DNA of 63,230 nucleotides, filler included, from a bacterium (GTDB lineage Bacteria > UBP18 > UBA7526), in NCBI GenBank assembly GCA_030615855.1. It is 6 parts of 6 records of this genome, joined end to end, with 100 filler letters (N's around TTAATTAATTAA, not from the genome) between each part and the next. Parts side by side here need not be neighbours in the genome. Positions count along the whole stretch, not along the records: positions 1 to 14,399 come from JAUWYL010000026.1; positions 14,500 to 35,657 come from JAUWYL010000001.1; 4 more parts are not named here. One strand, 5' to 3'. This document shows, one piece after another, positions 12,391 through 21,243 of the stretch. Below the pieces are notes generated by a model. That model was not told where the DNA came from. It did no database searches and worked only from the letters and a program-made list of their open reading frames with translations. Position 1 is the first letter of the stretch; every line of letters begins with the position of its first letter. A program made the position numbers and the translations under genes.

Positions 12391-12506
12391 CCCGCCCCTC
12401 CCTCTATAACTATAACTTCACAAAATTGACTTATAAAAAACATAAAAATTACCTCCTTATAAATTCTGTCTAGCAATGTTTTAATAAAAGGAGGGGCGGG
12501 GTTCAT
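12387..12506 (-). mobile_element. ATGA-targeted inverted-repeat element in the rplA start region, carrying a 39-codon upstream ORF
   Basis: Sense strand ATGA-accccgcccctcc...ggaggggcgggg-TGA; removing the element restores ATGAAGAGG. Confidence 0.75.
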
Positions 12507-12530
12507 CCTACCTCGCTCCGCCCTTCTTTT

Positions 12531-12989
12531 CTATTCTTCTTCTTTCCTACTTTCCTGAATGATTTCGGTTACTACCTCAATGCCCATGGACCTGGCTGTT
12601 CCCTCCACAATCCTTACTGCCCGCTCCAAGTCTGGAGCATTCAGGTCGGGCATCTTTATTTTAGCGATCTCTCTTACCTGGGCCTTGGTTACCTTAGCGA
12701 TCTTCTCCTTGCCTGGGGTACCACTTGCCTTGGCCAATCCCGCGGCCTTCTTTAGTAAGATGCTCGCGGGTGGGGTCTTGGTGATGAAGGTGAAGGAGCG
12801 GTCCTTGTAGACCGTGATCACTACTGGGATGATCATCCCCTCCTCCTTCTTGGTTCGCTCATTGAAGGCCTTACAGAACTCCATGATATTCACCCCATGC
12901 TGGCCAAGAGCCGGGCCCACGGGAGGGGCAGGATTAGCTGCCCCGGCCGGGATCTGGAGTTTTATCTTGGCAGCTATCTCTTTGGCCAT
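12531..12989 (-). CDS. rplK: 50S ribosomal protein L11
   Basis: [34 protein letters not shown]...GTARSMG. Confidence 0.98.
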   Translation of the reverse strand: MAKEIAAKIKLQIPAGAANPAPPVGPALGQHGVNIMEFCKAFNERTKKEEGMIIPVVITVYKDRSFTFITKTPPASILLKKAAGLAKASGTPGKEKIAKVTKAQVREIAKIKMPDLNAPDLERAVRIVEGTARSMGIEVVTEIIQESRKEEE

Positions 12990-13522
12990 CAGATCCTCTC
13001 CACCTGCAAGAAATTCAATTCCACAGGTGTAGTACGTCCGAAGATGGTTACCTCCAGCTTAAGCGTTCCTCTTTCAGGATAGATCTCCTCAATAATGCCG
13101 ATGAAATTGGTGAAGGGGCCATCAACGATTCTGACGCTTTCCCCTTTCTCAAAGATGACCTTGAGCTTGGGCTTCTTGGCCACCCGCTTCATTTCAGATA
13201 GAATGTAATCTACCTCTCCCTGGGCTAAGGGGATGGGCTTTGTCCCGGCGCCCACAAACCCCATCACCCCGGGAGTATTCTTCACCGCATACCAGGTATC
13301 ATCCGTTAACTCCATCTCGATCAGGGTATAACCAGGAAAGAACTTCTTGGTTGAGATCTTCTTCTTGCCCTCCTTAATCTCGGATATCTGTTGGGTAGGA
13401 ACGAGGACCTGGGAGATCTTATTCTCTAGACCCATGCTCTGGAAACGATGCCTTATATTTTCACCCACCTTATTCTCATCGTAGCCACTATAGATGTGAA
13501 TGGCATACCATGCTTTAGCCAT
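12989..13522 (-). CDS. nusG: Transcription termination/antitermination factor NusG
   Basis: [10 protein letters not shown]...FFPGY...[12 protein letters not shown]...DGPFTNF...[10 protein letters not shown]. Confidence 0.97.
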   Translation of the reverse strand: MAKAWYAIHIYSGYDENKVGENIRHRFQSMGLENKISQVLVPTQQISEIKEGKKKISTKKFFPGYTLIEMELTDDTWYAVKNTPGVMGFVGAGTKPIPLAQGEVDYILSEMKRVAKKPKLKVIFEKGESVRIVDGPFTNFIGIIEEIYPERGTLKLEVTIFGRTTPVELNFLQVERI

Positions 13523-13525
13523 ATT

Positions 13526-13714
13526 CTACCTCACTAAAATCAACCTTAGAAGTCTTACTAACATCAGATCTACAACTCCAATAAAGAGGGCAATAACGAC
13601 TACAGTGACGACGACCACCCAGGTAGCACCGGAGACCTCCCTCCTGTTCGGCCAGGTCACCCTCTTCATTTCTAATCTCACTTCCTTTAAGAATCTCCCG
13701 ATCCTTCTGGGCAT
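13526..13714 (-). CDS. secE: Preprotein translocase subunit SecE
   Basis: FLKEVRLEMKRVTWP plus one TM helix; upstream of nusG. Confidence 0.95.
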   Translation of the reverse strand: MPRRIGRFLKEVRLEMKRVTWPNRREVSGATWVVVVTVVVIALFIGVVDLMLVRLLRLILVR

Positions 13715-13737
13715 TTTTTACCTCGCTACGCTCGGTT

Positions 13738-13823
13738 AGTTCGGAGTACGCTCGGCTTTGCCTCGCTTGAGTTCGGTGTTTAGTATATTTTCTCTCCGAA
13801 CTCCGAACTGTTAACTCCGAACT
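13738..13823. repeat. GTTCGGA/CTCCGAA periodic inverted element
   Basis: Near reverse-complement copy at 21961-22043. Confidence 0.8.
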
Positions 13824-13838
13824 GAATTATCCGCATCT

Positions 13839-13916
13839 TGGCAGGCCAGGAGGGATTCGAACCCCCAACATCCGGTTTTGGAGACCGGCGCTCTAACCAA
13901 TTGGAGCTACTGGCCT
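13839..13916 (-). tRNA. tRNA-Trp (CCA)
   Basis: Cloverleaf AGGCCAG...CCGGT CT CCA AA ACCGG...GTTCGAATC...CTGGCCT G CCA; usual position before secE. Confidence 0.97.
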
Positions 13917-13977
13917 ATACGCTGATTGCCGCTGATTTACTTCGCAGATTGCCGCTGATATCTGCGGTCATCTGCGT

Positions 13978-14127
13978 TTACTTAATTTCCTTGTGGAGGG
14001 TGTGCTTTCTGCAGAACTTACAGAACTTCTTCAACTCCAATCTATCTGGATTCTTTTTCTTATTCTTAGTAAGGGTATAGTTTCGCCTCTTACAGACAGT
14101 ACAGGCTAAAGTGATGGTCTCCTGCAT
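13978..14127 (-). CDS. rpmG: 50S ribosomal protein L33 (Zn-ribbon type)
   Basis: [17 protein letters not shown]...[18 protein letters not shown]; start moved to ATG 14127. Confidence 0.95.
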   Translation of the reverse strand: MQETITLACTVCKRRNYTLTKNKKKNPDRLELKKFCKFCRKHTLHKEIK

Positions 14128-14256
14128 ACCTCGCTCCGCTCGGAGTATGAAAGTAATAGCGACAAAGTCGCTTAAGTAGGATAGTAAGAAAGTATCATTG
14201 GTCGTGTAGCTTATCACCCGTAACTTTTTACTCTCCTACTCTTTTTCTTTCCTACT

Positions 14257-14399
14257 TTACTGTATAATCTCTGTCACCACCCCAGCACCCACCGTCTTTC
14301 CTCCCTCTCTGATGGCAAAGTTCTGCTCGGGTTCTAAGGCGATGGGGATGATGAGCTCTATCTCCAGATCCACATTGTCTCCAGGCATGACCATCTCCA
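14257..14399 (-). CDS. tuf: Elongation factor Tu (3' end, cut by contig edge)
   Basis: Manual translation [46 protein letters not shown]. Confidence 0.95.
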
Positions 14400-14524
14400 N
14401 NNNNNNNNNNNNNNNNNNNNNNNNNNNNNNNNNNNNNNNNNNNTTAATTAATTAANNNNNNNNNNNNNNNNNNNNNNNNNNNNNNNNNNNNNNNNNNNNT
14501 ACCTACCTAAAAGGAGGGAGAGCG

Positions 14525-14863
14525 ATGATTGAATCCTATTCCTTCGGCTCTATGGTCATTGATGGCAAGGAGTATACCTCTGATCTCATTATCTATCCAG
14601 ATAGAATTCAGAGCTCTTGGTGGAGGATAGAGGGTCATAAATTAGACATTGAGGATATAAAAGAAATCTTAGAGGCCAAGCCAGAGGTCCTTGTAGTAGG
14701 AACTGGCGCTTCTGGTTTAGTAGAGATTCCAGAGGAGACAGGGAAGCATATCAGGTCCAAAGGAATAAGGCTCATCGCCCAGAGGACAGAAGAGGCCTAC
14801 AAGACTTTTAATGCGCTCTCCAAATCCAAAAAGATCATCGGTGCCTTCCACTTAACCTGTTAG
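14525..14863 (+). CDS. Mth938-like domain protein
   Basis: IESYSFGSMVIDGKEYTSDLII...PEVLVVGTG...AFHLTC. Confidence 0.85.
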   Translation: MIESYSFGSMVIDGKEYTSDLIIYPDRIQSSWWRIEGHKLDIEDIKEILEAKPEVLVVGTGASGLVEIPEETGKHIRSKGIRLIAQRTEEAYKTFNALSKSKKIIGAFHLTC

Positions 14864-14879
14864 AAAGGGGGTAATAGAA

Positions 14880-15491
14880 ATGAAGAAAGGATTGGTTGTT
14901 CTGGGGGTTTTGACAATTATGGGGTTCTTTCTCTCGGGTTTGCTTTTTGCTCAACAGGCTTCTAGTATCTCTTACGACCAGATAGTAACCTCTCCAACCC
15001 AGGGAACTATAACTTCTAAGGTCTGGGTAAAGGGAGAGAAGATGAGGATCGAGCAGATGGCACAAGGTCAGAAGATGGTCACCCTAATGAAGGAAGGAAC
15101 CATGTACCTCTACTATCCTGCTCAGAAGATGGCCATGAAGATGGATGTCAGTGCTGGGGCTGGTCAGGGAAGTGAGAATCCCAAGGATACGATGGAATAC
15201 CTCAAGAGTATAGAAGCTAGGCCACTAGGTCAGGAGAGGATCGAAGGAAAACTATGCGATGTCTACCAGATTACCTATCCCCAGACGGGAGCAAGAGGTA
15301 AGATATGGGTCTGGAGGGAGAAGAACTTCCCCTTGAAATCTGTGATGACCGTTGGCGGTGAAACGATAACTACAAGATACAGAAATATCCAGATGGGTAT
15401 TAATATCCCAGACAGCTACTTTGAACTTCCTCCAGGAACTCAGATAACGGATATGTCCCAGATGATGCCTGGTCTCATTCTCCAAGAGTGA
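14880..15491 (+). CDS. Exported LolA-like/DUF4412-type protein
   Basis: Signal peptide; KVWVKGEKMRIE, GKLCDVY, IPDSYFELP. Confidence 0.65.
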   Translation: MKKGLVVLGVLTIMGFFLSGLLFAQQASSISYDQIVTSPTQGTITSKVWVKGEKMRIEQMAQGQKMVTLMKEGTMYLYYPAQKMAMKMDVSAGAGQGSENPKDTMEYLKSIEARPLGQERIEGKLCDVYQITYPQTGARGKIWVWREKNFPLKSVMTVGGETITTRYRNIQMGINIPDSYFELPPGTQITDMSQMMPGLILQE

Positions 15492-16348
15492 AGAAATTCT
15501 TAATCGCTATTATCTCCTTATTCATCCTCTCTTTCTCTGTCCAAGCTCAGGAACTCAATATAAGGATAGAGCCCAAAAGCGTGGGACAGGGAGAGACGCT
15601 GGTAATTTACCTTGAATCTCCGGGGACCTTGAAGGATTTAGGGGTAGAGTTTTTGGGAAAAGAGATAAGGTTCTATGAAATAGGCAAAGATAGATATCGG
15701 GCCATCCTTGGAATACCTCTCACTACTGAACCTGAAAGATATAACATTCTCTTCAGAATCAAGACTAAAAGGGGCTTGGGGATTGAGTGGAAGGAAACGG
15801 TTCAAGTAAAGAAGATAGTTTTTAAGAAAGAGGTCCTCTCTATCCCTCCGGAAAAGAGTAAGCATCTCACTTCTAAGTATTTGAGAAGGGAGGGGAAGAG
15901 GATAGGAAAAACATGTAAGAAGGAGGAGGGGAATCAGCTCTGGGAAGGAAGATTTATCCTTCCGGCAGAGGGGAGGATCTCTTCTCCCTTTGGAGCCTAT
16001 CGGGTTTACAATCGAGGAAAAGCATCCTGGAGGCATAAAGGAATAGATATAGCAAACAAGGAAGGAACGGAGGTTGTTGCTCCTAACTCTGGAATAGTCG
16101 TCATATCAGAGGATATGAAGGTTCATGGAGGAACGATAATCATATCCCATGGCCAGGGGGTCTTTTCCATTTTCTCCCATTTCAGAGAACGGCTTGTCAA
16201 AAAGGGAGAGGGAGTGGAGAGAGGCCAGTTAATCGGGACCATGGGCCAGACGGGTTTGACTACTGGTTCTCACCTGCACTGGGGACTATGCGCCTCTGGG
16301 GTAGTGGTTAATCCTCTGGAGTGGACGAAGAGAAAAATCGGAGATTAG
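15488..16348 (+). CDS. M23 family metallopeptidase
   Basis: Signal peptide; HKGIDIA and TGSHLHWG motifs. Confidence 0.9.
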   Translation: MKKFLIAIISLFILSFSVQAQELNIRIEPKSVGQGETLVIYLESPGTLKDLGVEFLGKEIRFYEIGKDRYRAILGIPLTTEPERYNILFRIKTKRGLGIEWKETVQVKKIVFKKEVLSIPPEKSKHLTSKYLRREGKRIGKTCKKEEGNQLWEGRFILPAEGRISSPFGAYRVYNRGKASWRHKGIDIANKEGTEVVAPNSGIVVISEDMKVHGGTIIISHGQGVFSIFSHFRERLVKKGEGVERGQLIGTMGQTGLTTGSHLHWGLCASGVVVNPLEWTKRKIGD

Positions 16349-16350
16349 AG

Positions 16351-16818
16351 ATGGCAAAAGTTCTGGTTGTCTATTATTCTAAGACCGGAAATACAGGGAG
16401 ATTGGCTGACCAGATTGAACAAGAATTAGTAGCAGCAGGAAAAGAGATAGAGAAAATCCGCTTGGCTGAGGAAAAAGATCATTCTTTCTTAAGAGACGCC
16501 CTACGGGCCCTTTTCAGAGTTAAGGGAAAGATAAAGGAAGCAAACTTTAACTTGGAAGGTTATGACGCTATCTTCTTTGGTACCCCGGTCTGGGCTGGTA
16601 GTCCGGCACCAGCCCTGAACGAATATCTGGAAGAGTGTCAGGGTTTAGAGGGAAAAGAGGTTTCTATCTTCGTTACTTATGGTAGTGGCCTAGGCAAGGG
16701 AAGGGCGATGAGAATGCTAAAAGAGATGGTCGAGAGGAAGGGAGGAAGGGTTATCCAGAAATTGGCAGTTCAGGAGAAGGAAGTATTTAAAAAAGTAGAA
16801 TTGAAGATAGTGAGGTAA
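16351..16818 (+). CDS. Flavodoxin family protein
   Basis: VYYSKTGNT, FGTPVWAG; ATG 16351. Confidence 0.85.
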   Translation: MAKVLVVYYSKTGNTGRLADQIEQELVAAGKEIEKIRLAEEKDHSFLRDALRALFRVKGKIKEANFNLEGYDAIFFGTPVWAGSPAPALNEYLEECQGLEGKEVSIFVTYGSGLGKGRAMRMLKEMVERKGGRVIQKLAVQEKEVFKKVELKIVR

Positions 16819-16821
16819 AAG

Positions 16822-16926
16822 ATGAACCCTGCACTTTCTGGTTTGTCTTTACAAGGAATAATTTTCAGAGAATGCAAAATTAGCAAATCAGAAAGGTGCG
16901 GGGGTGGGAAGGAAGGTGCGGGGTGA
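16822..16926 (+). mobile_element. ATGA-targeted inverted-repeat element carrying a 34-codon upstream ORF
   Basis: ATGA-accctgcactttctg...cagaaaggtgcgggg...aaggtgcgggg-TGA; removing the element restores ATGAAGAAAATC. Confidence 0.75.
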
Positions 16927-17396
16927 AGAAAATCTTGATCATTTATTATTCAAAGACAAGAAATACGGAAGAGATGGCAAAGTTTGTGGGAGAGGGAGTG
17001 AAAGAGGAAAAAGTTGAGGTAGAAGTGAAGAAGGCGGAGGATACCAAAGCAGAGGAACTCCTGAAGGCGGATGGAATAATCATCGGTTCCCCCACCTACT
17101 ATGGGGGCATGGCTGCCCCCATTAAGGAACTTCTCGATGAGAGCGTAAAATTCCATGGGCAACTAAAAGGGAAGATAGGAGGGGCTTTTTCCTCTTCTGC
17201 CAATATCGGAGGAGGAAATGAAACGACCATTATGGATATTCTGAAGGCCTTTCTCATCCACGGCATGATTATTCAGGGAACCCCGGAAGGAGACCATTAT
17301 GGCCCGGTAGCTATCGGTGCTCCAGATGAAAGGAGCAAGAGCCAGTGTAAAGGTTTAGGCCGTAGGATAGCCAGACTGGTAAAGAGATTAGGATGA
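16923..17396 (+). CDS. Flavodoxin/WrbA-like NAD(P)H oxidoreductase (GTG start)
   Basis: IYYSKTRNT, IIGSPTYYG, GKIGGAFSS...GGNETT. Confidence 0.85.
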   Translation: MKKILIIYYSKTRNTEEMAKFVGEGVKEEKVEVEVKKAEDTKAEELLKADGIIIGSPTYYGGMAAPIKELLDESVKFHGQLKGKIGGAFSSSANIGGGNETTIMDILKAFLIHGMIIQGTPEGDHYGPVAIGAPDERSKSQCKGLGRRIARLVKRLG

Positions 17397-17424
17397 GCCC
17401 TGCACTTTTAAGCAAGGGTAAGAA

Positions 17425-17688
17425 ATGAATATTAAAAGGTGGGCGATAAAAATTTTCTATAAAGAGAGTGAGAGGGTTATCCATGTTGTGAAAGAGAATT
17501 ATGGGATGACCTATCTCGTTATTAAAGGGGAGATTGATATCAATAAATCCTTTCCCTTTGAGGCCAATGAGGAAGGGAAATGCATCGGATTCGATGTTCC
17601 AGAAGACCTAGACCTAAAGGAGTTCGATGAAGAATTGAAGAGATTTGCTAAGGAGCAAGGGCTCTTGGTCATTGGAGAGAGAAAGTGA
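17425..17688 (+). CDS. Hypothetical protein
   Basis: 87-aa ORF overlapping the next start (GTGA). Confidence 0.6.
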   Translation: MNIKRWAIKIFYKESERVIHVVKENYGMTYLVIKGEIDINKSFPFEANEEGKCIGFDVPEDLDLKEFDEELKRFAKEQGLLVIGERK

Positions 17689-18905
17689 TTATCGCTGATC
17701 TCCACATTCATTCCAAGTATTCTCGAGCCACTTCTAAGAATATGAATATTGATGGAATAACTAAGTGGGCTAAGATAAAGGGGATTGATCTATTGGGAAC
17801 TGGAGACTTTACCCATTACCAGTGGCTAAGCGAACTAAAGGCCCATCTGAAAGAGGTCTCCTACGGTCTCTATGAATGTAATGGGACCCACTTCTTCCTG
17901 ACTGGGGAAGTATCGAGCATCTACTCTCTGGGAGGAAGAGTACGTAAAATTCATACTATAATCTTTGCCCCCACTTTTCATGTTGTAGAGAAGATAAATA
18001 AGGAGCTTTCCAAGATTGGAAATCTGGATGCTGATGGAAGGCCCATCTTGGGGCTTCCCGCAAAGGACTTGGTGGAGATCGTTCTGGGAATATCAAAGGA
18101 TTGTTTCATCATTCCGGCCCATATCTGGACTCCCTGGTTTTCCCTATTCGGGGCCAATTCGGGATTCGACGATATAGAAGAATGCTTTGGAGAATATACC
18201 AAGAATATCCATGCCTTGGAGACCGGTCTATCGAGTGATCCCCTGATGAACTGGACGTTATCAAAACTGGATAGGTTTGCCCTCATCTCTAATTCTGATG
18301 CTCACTCCCCAGAGAATCTGGGAAGGGAGGCAAACATCTTTAACTGTAAATTAGATTATAAAGAGATAATTGAGGCTATCAAGAAGAAGGATAAGGATAA
18401 GTTCAAGGGAACGATAGAGTTCTTCCCTGAGGAAGGGAAGTACCACTTCGATGGGCACCGAAATTGTGGAATAACCTTTTCTCCCAAGGAAACCAAGGCA
18501 CATAATAATATCTGCCCCAAATGCAAAAGGCCTCTTACCATTGGAGTATTGCATCGGGTGGATGAACTGTCAGATAGAGAATTAGGGTTTAAACCAAAAG
18601 CCGCCATTCCCTTCCGGCACTTAGTTCCTTTGAGGGAGATCATTGCTGTTTCTATAGATAAGACCCGCACTTCAACAGCGGTCAAAAAGTTATACGATTA
18701 CCTGGTTAATCACTTTGGAAGCGAATTTCGGGTGCTTTTAGATATCCCCATTGAAGATTTAGACAAGGTTCATTCTAAAGTGGCAGAAGGGATTTCCCGG
18801 ACAAGGGAGGGAAAGATAAAGGTTGAGCCAGGATATGATGGGGTTTATGGGAAGGTAGAGATATTTGAAAAAGAGGAAGGGGCCAAGCAGATAAGCCTCT
18901 TTTAA
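17685..18905 (+). CDS. PHP-domain endonuclease Q family protein
   Basis: ADLHIHSKYSRATS, GTGDFTH, PAHIWTPWFS, ETGLSSD, SNSDAHS, GKYHFDGHR, CPKC, PGYDGVYG. Confidence 0.88.
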   Translation: MIIADLHIHSKYSRATSKNMNIDGITKWAKIKGIDLLGTGDFTHYQWLSELKAHLKEVSYGLYECNGTHFFLTGEVSSIYSLGGRVRKIHTIIFAPTFHVVEKINKELSKIGNLDADGRPILGLPAKDLVEIVLGISKDCFIIPAHIWTPWFSLFGANSGFDDIEECFGEYTKNIHALETGLSSDPLMNWTLSKLDRFALISNSDAHSPENLGREANIFNCKLDYKEIIEAIKKKDKDKFKGTIEFFPEEGKYHFDGHRNCGITFSPKETKAHNNICPKCKRPLTIGVLHRVDELSDRELGFKPKAAIPFRHLVPLREIIAVSIDKTRTSTAVKKLYDYLVNHFGSEFRVLLDIPIEDLDKVHSKVAEGISRTREGKIKVEPGYDGVYGKVEIFEKEEGAKQISLF

Positions 18906-18906
18906 A

Positions 18907-19006
18907 ACACGGATAGACACAGATAACAACACGGATAGACACAGATTTATCCGTGATTATCCGTGTATTTAACCCCAAACAGTAAGCAAAACAAAAAAAT
19001 CCGTGT
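18907..19006 (+). repeat. ACACGGAT/ACACAGAT...ATCCGTG element (short allele)
   Basis: First ~59 nt recur at 19389-19447; relatives near 20220, 20874, 23480, 27510 and 40605. Confidence 0.9.
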
Positions 19007-19022
19007 ATAAGGAAGGATGGAG

Positions 19023-19214
19023 ATGGAGTGTAAGCAAGAGGAGAACAGAGCGAAATGTAACTGTACCTATGAGCCCTGTGATAAGAAGGGGATCTGTTGT
19101 GAGTGCATCGCCTATCACTGGAGGAATAAAGAACTTCCTGCTTGTTTCTTCCCAAATGATGTGGAAAAGACCTACGATCGTTCCATAGCACGCTTCATCA
19201 CCTGCTACAAATAG
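19023..19214 (+). CDS. Small Cys-rich protein (DUF6485-like)
   Basis: [21 protein letters not shown]...LPACFF...TYDRS. Confidence 0.75.
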   Translation: MECKQEENRAKCNCTYEPCDKKGICCECIAYHWRNKELPACFFPNDVEKTYDRSIARFITCYK

Positions 19215-19311
19215 AAAGTCAGGTGATCAGGTTATCGGGAATTCCCTGATACTCTGCATTCTGAGCATCGCGAAGAATCTAGCCAGCTTGTCTGGCGTCT
19301 ATCCTAAATCT

Positions 19312-19386
19312 GGGGGCGTAGTTCAGAGGGAGAACGCTGCGTTCGCAACGCAGAGGTCGCGGGTTCAAATCCCGCCGCCTCCACCA
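19312..19386 (+). tRNA. tRNA-Ala (CGC)
   Basis: GGGGGCG/CGCCTCC acceptor with G3:U70; CTGCG TT CGC AA CGCAG anticodon arm; encoded CCA. Confidence 0.97.
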
Positions 19387-19388
19387 CA

Positions 19389-19606
19389 ACACGGATAGAC
19401 ACAGATAACAACACGGATAGACACAGATTTATCCGTGATTATCCGTGGTATTTTATGAGCAAAGTGAATAAAACAAGGTTCTGCGAAGCAGGTTCTTATT
19501 TAACCCCAAACAGTAAGCAAAATAAAAAAATCCGTGTCCAAAGTTTATCCGTGCTAATCCGCGTCAAATAAGCATTCGCAGTAAGCAAAATAAAAAAATC
19601 CGTGTC
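19389..19606 (+). repeat. ACACGGAT element (expanded allele) directly after tRNA-Ala
   Basis: Copy of the 18907 element plus an internal insert (~19448-19496) and a duplicated right end. Confidence 0.85.
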
Positions 19607-19620
19607 TAAGGAGGAGAGAG

Positions 19621-20118
19621 ATGGATGCCTTAAAAGCCATTAAGGAGAGAAGAAGCATCAGGGATTTTAATGAGCAGGGGATTCCTAAAGGAGTGATTGA
19701 AGATATCATCGATTGTGCCCGACTTGCACCCTCAGCCAATAATATCCAGCCCTGGGAGTTTGTAGTAATTACCGACCGGGATTTGAGAAAAAGAATCGCT
19801 GATATTACAGACTATGGGAAGTTCATCGCTACCTCACCGGTCTGCATCATAATCTTCTGCAAAGAGACAAAGTACTATCTTGAGGATGGCTCTGCCGCCA
19901 CAGAGAATATCTTGATCGCCGCCAAGGCCTATGGTCTGGGGACCTGTTGGGTAGCGGGGGATAAGAAGCCCTATGCTTCCCAGATAAATGAGTTAGTCAA
20001 CATTCCCCTAAAGTTCAAATTAGTCAGCCTCATCGCCTTAGGCTATCCCAAAGAAGAAGCGAAACCTCATGGTAAGAAAGCCCTAAAGGAAGTCATCCAC
20101 TGGGAAAAATACCAATAA
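19621..20118 (+). CDS. Nitroreductase family protein
   Basis: RRSIRDF, APSANNIQPWEF, ENILIAAKAYGLGTCW. Confidence 0.92.
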   Translation: MDALKAIKERRSIRDFNEQGIPKGVIEDIIDCARLAPSANNIQPWEFVVITDRDLRKRIADITDYGKFIATSPVCIIIFCKETKYYLEDGSAATENILIAAKAYGLGTCWVAGDKKPYASQINELVNIPLKFKLVSLIALGYPKEEAKPHGKKALKEVIHWEKYQ

Positions 20119-20283
20119 TAATAGGGGAAGTAAAGTTAGAAACTTAAGCTTGAAAGAAAAGCAAGAAGAAGTTTAGTTAGGTAAGTTTTTTAACTTTCCC
20201 ATTTTAGCCGTAAGTTCTATCTGTTATCTGTGCTAATCCGTAAATAATATGTGTGAATCTGTGTTGAAAGGAGGTGATGAGAG

Positions 20284-20487
20284 ATGAAGGGATTGGCCAT
20301 TTTGTTAGGGGGAGTAGCAGGTATAAGCCTCATCCTGGGTCTGATCTACAAGGCTGCTGCCTTAGCGGGCAACATTCTTCCCCCAGTCGGCCTCGGACCA
20401 CTCAGCTTTCAGAGGCTCGCTAACACCTGTCTGCTATTTGCCATCGGCTTAGGAGTGCTCCAACTGCTTAAAATAAAGGAGAAGTGA
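20284..20487 (+). CDS. Small two-TM membrane protein
   Basis: AGGAGGT RBS; two hydrophobic segments. Confidence 0.7.
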   Translation: MKGLAILLGGVAGISLILGLIYKAAALAGNILPPVGLGPLSFQRLANTCLLFAIGLGVLQLLKIKEK

Positions 20488-20523
20488 AACAACATGAGAT
20501 GCAATAATGCAGAAGAGGTGTCA

Positions 20524-20883
20524 ATGAAGGATATTTCTAACCTCTTCAGTCAGACCCATTCCAATCTTATCCGCGATATCATGGACAAAGGGGGAGTGGT
20601 CTTGGGAATGAAAGCGAAGAACTTCGCTGGAGTCCTATTAGAGAATGAGGCGCTTGCTTTAGAGATAGAGAAGAGATTAGAAGAGACAACTGGGATTAAG
20701 GGCTACATCTCCACAGACGAACTCCCCAGGTATGGGATCTCGGCTGAAGAGAGGGAAGAGATTGAAAAGGCCTTCGGAGTACAGAAGGGGGATATTGTCA
20801 TCCTCATCGCCGAAGAGAAGAAGAAGGCCCAGAAGGCCCTGAAGATCGTCGACGAAGAAATCGCCAAACATAGACACGGATAA
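20524..20883 (+). CDS. Stand-alone GatE-type GAD/insertion domain protein
   Basis: GGVVLG..NFAGVL..GIKGYISTDELPRYGIS.EE..I...D.VILIA resembles the archaeal GatE insert domain. Confidence 0.6.
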   Translation: MKDISNLFSQTHSNLIRDIMDKGGVVLGMKAKNFAGVLLENEALALEIEKRLEETTGIKGYISTDELPRYGISAEEREEIEKAFGVQKGDIVILIAEEKKKAQKALKIVDEEIAKHRHG

Positions 20884-20976
20884 ACACGGATAACGACACG
20901 GATAAACACGGATTAAATCAGTGCTAATCCGTTTTAGTTAATCAGTGATAATCCGTGTAACAAGGAGGTGATAAGT

Positions 20977-21243
20977 ATGCCCAAGGAACCAGAAGAGAAA
21001 CTTCCGGTAAGTGAGACCCTAAAAGTACTGGGTTATCACACCTTAGAAAAGAACCCCAAGTGGTGGAGTGCCGTGGCCTTAATTGATTCTTGGGGGAGGA
21101 AGCAAATCTGTTTCTACCTCTGGCAGAAGAAGGGAGAGAAGTGGGCCAGGCAGCAGAAGTTTACCATCCAGGATGCCCAGACCTGGGAGAATGTCTCTTC
21201 TTATGTTGAGGAATTTCTACCGCAATTAGAAGCGGAGAAGTGA
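20977..21243 (+). CDS. Hypothetical Trp-rich small protein
   Basis: AGGAGGT RBS; stop overlaps the next GTG. Confidence 0.7.
   Translation: MPKEPEEKLPVSETLKVLGYHTLEKNPKWWSAVALIDSWGRKQICFYLWQKKGEKWARQQKFTIQDAQTWENVSSYVEEFLPQLEAEK

Noticed and set aside
63-13739. Many plus-strand ORFs over the ribosomal/rpoBC cluster
   Set aside because: Antisense shadows of well-conserved minus-strand genes; Ser/Phe/Leu-rich and without motifs.
14400-14499. N runs with TTAATTAATTAA (also 35658-35757, 42953-43052, 47756-47855, 58650-58749)
   Set aside because: Identical 100-nt artificial contig linkers with stops in all frames; adjacency across them has no meaning.
19312-19386. tRNA-Ala as a prophage or island attachment site
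   Set aside because: No integrase and no duplicated tRNA 3' end found in the window.
18907-19606. ACACGGATAG repeats as a CRISPR array
   Set aside because: No constant repeat with unique equal-length spacers and no cas genes; these are dispersed periodic inverted elements.
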